Shown in pieces: positions 12,283 to 24,997 of a stretch of DNA of 64,000 nt. How positions within the stretch are numbered: the first letter of the stretch is position 1; the number at the start of each line of letters is the position of its first letter. The notes beneath the pieces are model-generated. The model did no database searches, was not told where the DNA came from, and was given only the letters and a program-made list of their open reading frames with translations. The stretch covers positions 62,001-126,000 of the forward strand of contig CT868003.1 in assembly GCA_000165425.1 (NCBI GenBank), given 5' to 3'. This DNA comes from Paramecium tetraurelia (Eukaryota). A program made the translations under genes and the position numbers.

Positions 12283-15200
12283 ATGAAGTTATGTACATGA
12301 CATATTTTTAATGTAGAATTCAATCGATTTAAATTAATTAATTAACTAAACTTAAACAAGTTTATCAGAAAACGCATCCCCGTTAAAAAGGTAAATGATA
12401 TATTGTATATTAAAGAATTTAATCATTTAAACAAATCTAATCATTTAAAGAAAATTAATCAATTACATGAGAGTGAAAAAGGCTTAGGAACAAAATGATG
12501 ACTATAACAAAGAAGAAAAAAGACTTAATGGTTTAGGTGCCTCATTTAATGCTCAGTATCGTATAGAATCAATAAATTTCATAACCGAATTTATACCACG
12601 GTTCTTGAAATATTATGCTAATTCATAAAAGAGAGATAAGTATGCAAATGAACTGCCATTAATATCTGTAACAAATAGTCCAATTAGGGAAATCTTAGCA
12701 AAATTCGATATAAACTTATTATTCCCTGAGAGAATTTGGGAATTTTCAATGACACGTATTTAATCAATATGATCTTAAAGCCACCTTCCTTTGGTAGCTC
12801 ACTAAACATGAGTACTTAGCCTAAAACCTGGCATAAATATTATATATGATGAAATTGATTTTAAGAGGACATTTTGAATTTCGACAAAAACCATCACATT
12901 GGAATTAGAATGATTTATCTGATTCTCATATGTATAGATTGATAGAGCTTGACCATAAATCAAATTTGCATAATTAAAAAATTTATGAGGTCTGCAACTA
13001 ATTTAAAGATCAAGAAAAAATTGCTGTACAAATAATTCCAAAATAAAAGTATACTCTAAATTCATAGAATCAACTTTCGACTTTATAATATGTTGGTACT
13101 ATTGTGTTTATATGTTATTCAAGTTATGAGGGCAAAAGTTGCATTGAACAATATTTATCATCATTATTAGAAGATCCTTTTCTTTCACAGGATTTAGTTC
13201 TATTATAAAAAATAGAGGACAGAAATGTCAATCAATGTTATATTAAACCCAGAAAATATAAAATTAAAAATTTTTAACCAAATGAATTTAAATTTTCGGA
13301 GTAATTACAAAGATGGATAAAAAAAATGGATATCATTCATTATAAAAATCGAATTTAAATGTAGAATGAATTAGAATCTTAATAGTATCTATTGAAAAAA
13401 TACTTATTCACTCCGAATTTTGAATAATACAGAAATTTACTGAAAAATATTAAGAGTGAAAAGTTTTCGATCAATATGGAATAATTTAAAGCTATTTCCC
13501 AAGAGGGCGATATAATTTTGATTGGTAGAAGTGGAACTGGAAAAACTACTATTTCATTGTTGAAATTATTTATCACAGATGCAATATTTATGTTGAGGTA
13601 GAATCTCAATCTTTTTAAAGAATCCTCCAAAATTAATCTGTAATATAATAAGGAACTCTAATCTGGAATTTAATTGAGGACTTTATTTTTAACATCTAGT
13701 CCTTTATTAGCTCAATAAATCAAATAGAAATATGAAAATATGGTTAAAAATGTTGAAGAGAATCTAAGATAAAAAAAAGAAGTTTAAAGGATTTCAGAAT
13801 AGCAAAAAGACAATCTCAACGATAGTACAGTGTAGATCCTAGATGTGTTGGGAGAGTAAAATGAAAATGAAGGATAATTTGGGATTGAAGATGAAGATGA
13901 AGATGAAGATGAAAATGAAGAAGATGTTGATCAATATGAAAAAGAGATGGGGTGTTTTTAGACTATTTAAGATATTAAGTAGTTTCCTGCCTTTCTTACT
14001 ATAAGAAAATTATTATTTCTGATTGATTCTTCATTACACAACTCTTTTTTTAAAAATAAAGATAAGATTCATGGTTCAGCTTAATGGCATAATGAATATT
14101 CTGGAGTTCTATCTCTAAATTAAAATTTCATCAATAACTTCTCATAGAAATTAGATTCCGAAGTCCATGATCTTGACTCCAAAGAAATAATATACCACAA
14201 TAATAAATTAAAGGAGGTTTCTTTGGAAATTTTTAAAGAGTTTTTCTGGCCCAAAATCTTGTAGGAATTCATTCAGATTGAAAAAGCATCCCATGATTAA
14301 CTGGATCCTATGCTAATATGGTCAGAGATTATCACACTTATCAAAGGGAATGAAAAGTCATATCTATTTAACGACTTTCATCTTAGTTAAGAAGAATATC
14401 TGAAAATACATAGACCTTATAAAAACTCAAACCCGTATTCGGTATTTCAAATATTCTCAATATATGAGAGATTAAAAACAAAACACAACTATTATGATAT
14501 TCTTGATCTGATTAATCATATTAATTACCAATAAACCTTTTGTTTTGATACTATCTAATACATGCACTATATTATACTTGATGAACTATAAGATGTTCCG
14601 AAGGCCTTGTTAATTCTGCTCAATAGAATGACTCATATTTAGCTATTTCTAGCTGGTGACAATGCTTAAAATATTGTTAAAGGTATTGGAATGCACTTCT
14701 CCCAAACAGTTAGTTGTCTCTAGTAAGAAAACAATTACAAATAGCCAATTAGAAATGATAAATATAAGATTTCGAAAATCATATTATCATATAATTTTAG
14801 ATCTAGCCATTAAATTTTATAATTAGGTAATACTTTGGTCAACGCTCTTGAATTATTGTTTCCTTCTGACATTGATCTCCTACAAAAAGAGAAATCATGT
14901 TAATAAGGACCAAAACCAACTATTATTTAGGGTTGTGAAAATAAGGATTTGTTGAATTATTTATTACAATAATATAAAAATAATTAGAACAATTGTAGAA
15001 TTCGGTTGCAATTCGGTGATTATTGTAAAAGATTAGAATTCAAAATTAAAAATTCCAATAGAATTATAGAATGCAATTGTTTTAACCATCTATGAAGCAA
15101 AAGGATTAGAATTTGAAGATGTTATTCTATTTAACTTTTTCACTGATACCAATACTGAGGAAAATGAAGATGAAGATGACAATGTTATAAGCTTTTTTCG

Positions 15201-18200
15201 ATATCTAGAAATAGTCAAAATCAGAATGGATAAAAATAAATGGGATGCTAAACGTATAATAAATTATTATATTTTTAGATAAAAGAATTAATTATTTAAG
15301 TTGCAAGAACATTAATTAATATGAGGTGGAGTTGACAATTCTATAAAAAGTAGAAAGTAAAAAGAAAAAATAGTAGGATGTCATAACCAAAAATTTAAAC
15401 AAATTCAATATTTCTCTATAACATGAATTAAAATAGCTCTATGTGGCTGTAACCAGACCAAAAAGAAAATTAATGATTTTTGATTAATAGTTATAAAATA
15501 GAAAGTATATTCAGAAGATTTGGGAATAATTGGACATAGTAGAAATAATTTATGATACTCAATTATAGTAAATCTAAGAAAAATAATTTGTACTATCATT
15601 TTCAATAGATAATAAAGCCAATTGGAAGAAGTAAGGATATAGGATGCTAAGACAGAGTAATTATGATCAGGCTTATAAGTGTTTTATGTTTGCTACCGAA
15701 ATAGAATTAGCAAAGAAATGCATGGCCTATCATTTAACAACCTAAGCAACTCTAAATGAAGATAACAAATAATAATTCATTCAAGCTGCATAGATCTTTG
15801 AAGAAACAAACCTAACAAAAAGGGCAGCCTCCTGTTACTTCTCAGCAAAGAATTATTCGAAGGCCTTTCAATTGTATCAATAATTAGATTGCAAAAATGA
15901 AATGGCTGAATCTGCTTACTTCATGAGATAATATAAGCTTGCAGGTCAACTATTTTCAGAATTAGGAGAAATAAGAAGAGCTATTGAATGCTTTAACAAA
16001 TAAAAACTGTGGGATGATTCCTTGGATTAAGTTAATTTAAACAAAGAATAATTAACGACTGATGAAAAATTAATGTTCTTAAGTATTATAGTACCAAAAT
16101 ATTTGAAATCAATAATAGAAGATATCGAAAAACAAGAATTATTACAATAAGAATAAGAAAATCTTATTAAAAATTAATCTGATTCCTTTTAAGTTGAAAA
16201 TTCACTTGTTAATGACAATTTGATTGAAGAAAAGAATAATAAAGAAGATGATTTGGAAATAATTAATCTTCATGATGATTCTTAATCATTTCAAGTTGTA
16301 ATAGATTAATCACTTGATCACTTATCTTCTTATGACCCTGATGATGAATGGCTGAAAATTGACAAGGAATCTTTAATTAGATCTATTTCTTTTTCCAGTG
16401 TGGAATCAAAATTGTCGAATGTCTTATTGATGAATTAATTTACAACTATTCCACTTCTTAAATCTAGGTAAAACATTTTTATAAAAAACAATGTAATGCT
16501 ACATATATCCAAAAGATTTTAATAGTTTTAAAATGAATTTAAACTACTTTTAGAAAATTAAAAAAGTTAAAGCTCATTGCTGTCATTTAAATAAACCAAA
16601 GAGCAGTAGTTAGATGATGCAAATGCTCTTTTATAAGACTTAGAGAACTTAGACATAAAATCTGTTTATTTTGTTTTGGATATCCTAGAGTATTGTAAAA
16701 ATTACAAGCTTTGTATCTATGTCTGCAATCAGTTTAAATTATCTTAAAATTTGGGGAGATATTTAATTTCTTTGGCATCTCAATATACTCCAATTAATAA
16801 AAACAAATTTAAATTAGAAAATTGGATTATTGGTAACAATTTAAAAAGAAAACATTTATTAGATCAATCAATCTTAGCCTAAATGACATTCAATAATATT
16901 TTAGAATCTATTAATCCAATTTATTTAGAATATAAAAATGAAGATACACTCCATTATTAAAATAGTTTTGGAATAGAATGTTATAAATCACTGATAGGAT
17001 TAGGGTATTGGAGAACTATAATTTATTAATTGAACTATGAAAATGCTGTTAAATTATGTTAATCTTTTAATAACTATTAAGATTGGGTAATACTCATTCA
17101 GAAAATCAAGGAACCTAGATTAAGCAAATAGTTAACAGATGAAGAGCAATTTTAATTAATAAAAAATAACTACTTCATTTAAGTAGAATAATATTTCCTA
17201 TCAAATCAATCTAAAAATAATATCAATATAGATGAAATATTCGAAATTACTATTTAAAGTGCTTCCTAAAAAAAATTAAATAAAGAAAATATAATACAAT
17301 TGCTCAATAATTCAAAACTACATCAAGTAAATCTAACAAATTAAGATAAGTTTAAATAAATAGAATCTATTATTTTGTGTATGATTTGTTGTATGGGAAT
17401 ATTAAAGTTGGAAACAGATTCCTATTCCTAAATTATTGATTTAGTTAATCTATAATAGTACTGTATTAATCAATTACTTTTTGCTCATCTCAAACCTAAT
17501 ATAATTGAAGCCCTTTAATTCGTATTCAAATTTTCTTTCCCAACTGGGGATATTATGATTGATTATTCTTAATTTTGCATTATTCACATTACATCTAAAC
17601 TTGTAAAAAATCTGAATAATCAAATGATCTTTATAGATATAGCTTATGAATATATCTTAATACCATTTGAAGCCTTATGTTAACTATTTAAGCAATATTT
17701 TTGCAATTCCAAACCAATAGTTACATTATTTTCAACTATTAAAAATTAAGAGGATTAACAAGAAACAATAAATATCATTTATTGCTTAAAATAAAGACTG
17801 TAATATTAATTTCAGAATATACTTCCAAATATCACATAGTATTAGCAGGATAAAATAGATTATTACTCAAAAGTTGTGTATGGAATTCGTCAAAGGAACC
17901 CTATAAATGTAGTTGATGATCATGAAACTTCAATTTTACATTTTACTAAATCTGATGAATTAAGAACTGTTCATAAATGGTTATTATAAACAAATTTCAG
18001 AATAGATGGTATGGATAAATAAATTAGATATTATTTAAAAAATGAATGTATACTTTTATTTGAATAAGGATTAATAGATTTATAGTAAAAACACGGCTTT
18101 TTTGTTTTAGCCTTAAATTTATTACACTTATAAGATAATATGCCATTTGCCATATTTACATTATAAAGTATGAAAGAAAAGGAAGAATCGAACTATTATT

Positions 18201-19400
18201 TAAAATATCTAGAATTTTTAGAGTGCCAACATTATGATATCATCGAAGATTCATTCGATTGTTTTATTGCTTATAATTAATATTTTGAAAATTAAATATA
18301 TTTAGATGAATGGATGAATCATTTAATCCGAATAGGCATAAAGTTGCTTTTGGCTCAAGAAGGTATAACCTAAATCTTTATTCCATAAAGGTTTTAAGAC
18401 ATCATATCTTCAAAATTGGAGTTTGATCAATCTCTATTCAAATTATCTAAAACTGATATCATCTTAGAATTTATAGAATCACTATAATAGTTTATAGAAA
18501 CATGTAATTCAGAGCATTATGAATATCAATCTAATTTACTGTTGATTGTATTTACGTTGAATATATTGAATCTCACTTTTAAAATAAAAGAGAAATTGTG
18601 CTAAATCTTTTCGAATGATTCTCGATATCCATTTTATATCAAAATACATTAATGTCTCATTCAAAAGAATTCAAATTTGCAATAGGAATTAATTAACAAA
18701 ATGGATGTATTATTTATCAAAGGATATTTTGAAGAAAAGATATTGACTGTATAAATTAAATAGAATGTCTAAAATCTAAACTCTTAAGAAGTATACTAGA
18801 ATTGTTTAAGTAAATGGGAAGGTTACTTTTAAGAAGCTCAGACAATAAGAAATAATGGAATCAATTTATTAAAGAAATGGAGATAATTTAGATCTTAACA
18901 AAAAATTAGGTAACAAGTTCCAAATAAATTAAATCCTAAGGTTATAAAATTTTATCAATTCAATAAACTATAATTAAAAGATATTTAATAGTAATTTAAT
19001 TGGATTTAACATGAGAGCCTAATTATCAAAATTTATAATTTATAAGAGTATTTATATTATTTATTTTAGAGAACTATTGAGGTTGAGATAAAACATTTTA
19101 AATGGGGCCGATCTTTAATTTATAAATTAGGTCTTAAATAATTCAGCAAGCATACTCAGAGAAATAAAGATTGGCAATCTATAATGCGAAGCCTTTGAAG
19201 AACTAAAATTATAATATTAAAGCTGGAGAGATCGTATAAATACATTTGAAAAAAATGAATAAGAGCTCTTAGAAAGAAACAGACAAATTCTCAAATTGAA
19301 ATGGTAGAAAGTATAAGCAGGAGTGAAAGTATAAAGGAAATTTGATTCTCGTCTAATTTAAACTGTGGAGGAACATCCGGATGAAGAGGCTTAAGATTGA
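12283..19400 (+). CDS. TRANK1/LBA1-like large superfamily-1 (UvrD-like) helicase with TPR-like repeats, ~2300 aa; frame break at ~14951-14997
   Basis: LIGRSGTGKTT (Walker A), LFLTSSPLL, IILDELQD (Walker B), LAGDNAQNI, LSYNFRSSHQI, LTIYEAKGLEFEDVILFNFF, ELKQLYVAVTRPK, then WKKQG..YDQAYKCF and AASCYFSAKNYSKA helical repeats. The start is uncertain (12214 or 12283). Confidence 0.85.
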
Positions 19401-19900
19401 AATAATATTTAGATATAAAACTATTTTAAGAAATGATTTTAGTATAAGTAGAGAATTCATCTTATTATTTTTCTATCGTCTAGATATTAAGGACACTAAT
19501 CCTTGGTGATTAATGCTATAACAATCAAATAACAATTATTCACATAAGTCTTCTTAAATAAACATACTTACTAATTAATCGAACATATTTTAGATTATAA
19601 AGAGAGTAGGAACTTGTCTTACGATTTAGCAATTTTATTCTCAACCAATAATAAAAAGAAGACTGCCAAAATAAAAAATATAAATATAGAGCCACAAAAG
19701 GAATCTAAAAATATAATTAATTATAATTTTGATTTTTTTACGATATTATATGGATCAGATTCTCAATTAACTGATAAAGAATTAGTTAGAGAATATATTT
19801 AATTATTTTGTTATCTAGATAAGAGTGGCATTTGATTTTGTTGTTAGAGTTTATATATTTTATTATGTATACTTTAGTCACAATTAAAAGGTTGTTTGAT

Positions 19901-20246
19901 TCAATCAAACAGTTCAACCTCTGTAATATATGATTCAGGATCGAAATTTAAGAATAGGGTTTGAAGTTCTTTAAATTTCTCATCTCTTGTCATAGGGTTT
20001 TCAGGTCTTTCTTGATTTTCTTATTCAAATTTTGTAAGTCTATACGTGTTTATTCATTACAAAATACAAATATTTTCTTGGACTTCGGGAATGTGTTAAT
20101 GAAGATGCTTGCTGTTAAGTACTTTCTTCAAGGATGCTAGAATTTGAACTTTACCAACTGGAACTAGAGGCACTCAATGATAGCTTCAATGGAATTGGTG
20201 TATATATGATGGAGGAGTTGTATGATTAAGTATGTTAATTAGACAT
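19901..20246 (-). CDS. Small Ser-rich hypothetical protein
   Basis: MSNQHTQSYNSSIIYTPIPLKL...ERPENPMTRDEKFKELQ...EVELFD-TGA, with one tiny intron. Confidence 0.6.
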
Positions 20247-20712
20247 ATAATAATTAATTTATATGAATGTAAACGAATATTAAATTTCTTTTATTCCTTA
20301 ATCAATTAATCTTCTCCCACCTCTGACTACTTGGTTCCATATAGAATTCAAATGCTAGAGAATGCAAATATTGACCTTATAATTACATTATATATCTGTA
20401 CATATCTGATAATGAAAGTTACGTCTTTCTCGATGATATGTAACTTGAAAAAGGAAATTCTTACATTTTTGTTATTGAAAGAGTAGGAAATACGAAATAA
20501 ATAAAAATACCTCTAATTGGATAAGATATTTATGGATGAAGTTTGTAGAATCTGCATTTATATTATTAAAATATTATAAAAATCTTGAATTTAAAAAGTA
20601 AAATTGAGAAGTAACTAAAGTAATTGAATATGATTTTAATTGCATATAGTTGTATAAGGTTCTTTCTGATAAACAAAACATTAAAATAAAGAAATTGAAT
20701 TCAAACTATTTT

Positions 20713-21108
20713 TCATTGATATGGTTTAGTCTATTTAAGAATTGATTTAAGGATTATTTCTTTTTGGTAATCCTCTATTTTTTTATTGCTGCTAGATTTG
20801 ATGTGAAATTTTTCCTATTCTTGAGTATTTGTACATTAAGAAATTGTGTCCTTGATTGATAGTACTTCCTCATCAGGATTAAATACACAGACGGTGACAA
20901 AATTATCAAATGCTATTCCATAACCAGTGCCTTTGAAAATCTGTCTGCCTTTGACATCAAATCTAGGTTGATTTTATTTCATGACTTTGATTATTTTTTG
21001 TTTAATTAAAATAGGAGAGGGTTCATCAGGGAAATCTTCGTCATCATCTTGTTATCTAACTTAATTCTATTAGAGCAAGACTTTTGGACCAATATTCATA
21101 CTTTTCAT
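20713..21108 (-). CDS. Small hypothetical protein (131 aa)
   Basis: Uninterrupted ciliate-code ORF MKSMNIGPKV...QPRFDVKGRQIFKGTGYGIAFDNFVTVCVFNPDEEV...KSILKQTKPYQ-TGA. Confidence 0.65.
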
Positions 21109-21226
21109 TTTATAAGGCTATGCTTAATTAGCAATTATTATTATAATAAACGATTTATTTAGAAATTTGAAATGACCATAAAATTCAATAAAATCTATAT
21201 GTAGTATTAAAATAACATTCGAGTAA

Positions 21227-21970
21227 TCATGGTTCATTAAATGTGATCCTCTTGGCTCTTTTATATTAAAGTTATTTGACAATTTTAAGAGTGAAGGATT
21301 CCAATTGTGATTAATTATACTCTTGTCCAAGTTTATACTCCTTTATATCATATTCGATTAAATAACATAAATGATAAAATTTACTGATTATTATTAATAA
21401 GACTAATAATTCAATAATTATTAGTATTATTAATAAAATTTGATTCATGTGATCCAATTCAAATAATACGAAGATCAAAATTTCTAGTGTAATCAAAGAG
21501 CATAGTAGAGAAAAGGCCATTAAAAACGCGAATTTTTCTTTTGCGCTTAAATTTGAGATGCTCATTCTTGATAGTTTATAAATATTATACTTTTCATTGA
21601 TTTCAATCGGAAAATAGTCATTACAAATTTAACATCGAAACAAATTGAGTCCTAATTTAGGATAAAGATTAGCATAATCTAAGATACAAATTATATGGTA
21701 ATATGTATCTATGCAATTGCATAATTTGATTGCTAAACTCCCTTTTTCACCTTTACATTTTATGCATTCATTATTATTTGTATATATGGCATTTTTTGAT
21801 TTACTGACTCTAGCAAGATCACCTTCAAGAAAAGTTTTTGGTTTCAAGGTTCTCACTTTATATTTGTGCAATTCAAAAGATTCTACCTTTGGACTCAAAA
21901 ATGGTGACTCATTGTAGTCAAAACAAGTTTAGAATTGTTATCTATTCTTAGGCGTTGATTTTGGACTCAT
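21227..21970 (-). CDS. RING-CH (RINGv)-like zinc finger plus two TM helices, MARCH-type E3 ligase candidate
   Basis: CIKC..LCNC..YHIIC..CQIC (C4HC3 order) followed by two hydrophobic helices. Intronless 247-aa ORF that joins two track ORFs through TAA=Gln. Confidence 0.75.
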
Positions 21971-22049
21971 TTAATATAATGACTGCATAAATTAAATTTT
22001 ATTAAAAAATATCACATTAATCCTAAAGTTGAGAGTCTGATAAAATAAT

Positions 22050-24900
22050 TAATTTCAAACTTAAGAGGAAAAGCCTTTCTTAGGAGGTTCTGAAATTTCT
22101 GTTCATTTATTACTCTTCATTACACTATTTCTAGTTAAGTAATCAAAATAGCTGTTTTTTATTAAAAATATATCAATTAATTAATTAAATATTATATTCA
22201 TTATTATTTTAACAATTCTAGTTTTTTTTAGGCTGCTAAGACTTTCAATTCTAATTGATTCAATTATTCTTTTAATTATTGATTTTCCTCTTTCAAATTG
22301 CAATATAAATTTGTAAAATGTTCATCAATATTAACAATTTTTTATCTTTATGTCTTAACAGTCTAATTTTCTGCTTGGTACCTAGGTGTGTCAAATGGAT
22401 TTGAATTCAATTTTCTTTAAAAATTTTATTAAATCTTAAATGCTAGATGAACAATTTACTATTATTGGTTGAGATGAGAATTTATTACTGAGTAATAGCT
22501 TTTAAGATGGTTAATAGTACATAAATTAATTAAATTAATATTAAAAATAATTCAACATCAATAATAAAATAAGAAAAAAACATAACATAATAATAAATTC
22601 TGCTGATCTTAATTTAATTTTGTGTTTGAGTCTAAGAAAGAATTAATAATTTCATGAATTTATTAATATATTGACGGAATTCTATAGTAATTTATAGAAC
22701 ATTAAATCATTTAGAAAATTTTTATTACAAAACAAGAATAATATTAGAATAAATTAAGGGCTTAAATAACTTCTAATATTGAATAAATGTTATGCTTTTA
22801 AAGCATTTGATAAAATAAATAAATATAAAAGCATTTACAAAATTTCATTGATTTCTTGTTTTGAAGGACAGTGAAGTAAAACTTAATTAGGAATTAATTA
22901 ATTTTTATTATTTAAACATATGAATAATTATTATTGAGAATTCATTCTTTTGTTATAAAATAGTCTTTCTAATAATCTAATTAATTCTAAGAATTTAAGA
23001 ATGCCTTTGATTATTTATAATATAAAAATTACTTTTAGTTAACCAATCGATCTATTCTTATAACAAATGTTGAATTTATTATTGATTAAAGTATTTCAAG
23101 CTTCATAGAATCTATGCTTAAGTTGTAATGATAAAATATGTTTAATTAATGAGTTTGAGTAATTCTAATCACTTTTTAGCAAAGGATACATTATCTATAT
23201 ATATTATGATCATAATATTTATTTTCTTTCAAAGCCGAAACGGTTTTATATCAATGAATAATAAAATTCTATTTTTTAGTATTGAATTGATATTTCTCTT
23301 CTTTTCTTTTAATGAAAGAATAAAAGTTTATCACTTTTTTTTTCTAATTCTTATCAAAGATTTCATTGTTGGAAAGAGTATGAATTAATTGTGACCATAA
23401 TTCCATATAGGATAATTTTGAAATATTATTAACATGATTAAATCGATTCTTCTATACTATTTCAAGCCATTTTTTGATATAATTGTAATTTCTAAATGGG
23501 TATAACCTTTAGTGATATTAAATCTCTAAATTAATAATTGTATGAAATCAGAAAATGAATATGTTCAACTAAAATGAATTTTATCCTTAATTGACACACT
23601 TAATTAAATAGAATTAAATTTATCCTGTTTTGGAAGATATAATAAGAGATCAGCACTTAAAGTTTATTTATGAAAAGATTTTCAATTTGAGCAAAAACTC
23701 TCAATTGAAAAAGAAAGGATCTATTGTTTTTAACTTCATTGTAATTTTTGATTATAATATTATTATATTTATTTATAATTTTATACAAAATTTAATTCAT
23801 AGTTAATTTTCTATTATAGTGATAGCAATGTAATCTATTAAGAAATTAAAAATGTAAATAGATTTAAGTAAACATAAAATGTTTATCATAATGATGCAAA
23901 TGCTTGTAAATGTTATGTTGAATATTTTAGGGAATATAATGGTGGTTAAAATACCAGAATATATTTATATATATATTAATTTTATTATAATTTTACGATT
24001 ATATGATTCTGGGAACCGTAACTAAGATACACAAAGTAAATTCTACAGTTTTAGGTCAAGATAGAATGATAAGGTAATGAAAATTTAACAATTAGGACTT
24101 ATACTTTTCTGTTACGGTTCTTCAAATTGCATTTGTTAAGGAAAATGAAAAGTGGTGAATGCCTTTAGATGTGGTAAAACAAAGTTGATATTATATGTTC
24201 ACACTTTTCTATGACTAGAAGAGTATTGCAAATCAATATTTTAAGATATTACGATGGTCACGAACAGCATTCTATATTCAGATTCTAATGAATAAACTCA
24301 AATAGTAATCGAGCAAAAATGAATTAAAATATTACAGAAATCTAAATGATGTTTTATTTTATGCTTACCTAATACTTACGGATGTGAATGATCTAATCTT
24401 TTGGATGTGTTAAATTGGATTGTGTAGAAATGTCAAATTATTGTTAATAACCAAAGAAATCAGTCCAAAATTTTACTTTGCTGAATGTATAGGGTGGTTT
24501 ATAACTCTGTGTCTAGAATATAGAGTTAATCAATAAGAAATTTATAAATCATAAGTGCAAAACGATCCCAAGAATAAAATTAAAACTCGATAGATTCAGA
24601 TCTTATAGAATTTAGTAAAATACAGTCTAGATATACCAGTGTCTTATTCTTATGTGAACACAAAAGCAATTTCATAAGAGAAAGCAGTTATTCTAGGAAC
24701 TATTTCAAGTTTCATAAGTTTATATCAAACTTTTTAATAACATTCTGGTGGCTTTTAGTGATTAAAAATTGTAACATATTATTTTATATAAATTATTATT
24801 ATATATTAATATGCATGACTACTTATTGTTATAATTCTCAATTTGCATTATTTACTTACTTATTGAAAATGTAATCAAATATTATAATACTTGGTTTAAA
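22050..24900. pseudogene. AT-rich block with decayed coding remnants on both strands
   Basis: Short coiled-coil-like fragments on - (e.g. LKEENQQLKEQLNQLELKVLAAQKKLELLK near 22200-22300) and coding-like fragments on + (23900-24750), repeatedly broken by TGA or frame changes. About 3 kb has no intact gene. Confidence 0.4.
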
Positions 24901-24997
24901 ATTGCTAAAAAAACTACTAAAAATGTAAATGATCAAAATAAGAACATAAGACAAATAGTCAATAATTACTAGATAATGAATTAATTATTAAATATCA

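Noticed and set aside
12421..12465. 18-nt-period imperfect repeat AATCATTTAAA...
   Set aside because: Two to three degenerate copies inside coding sequence with no spacers; not CRISPR or satellite.
14973..14987. AAA-TAA as a Euplotes-type +1 ribosomal frameshift site
   Set aside because: That mechanism depends on TAA being a stop; here TAA encodes Gln.
19433..19835. Possible small plus-strand gene after the helicase
   Set aside because: Frames are short and inconsistent, with no domain.
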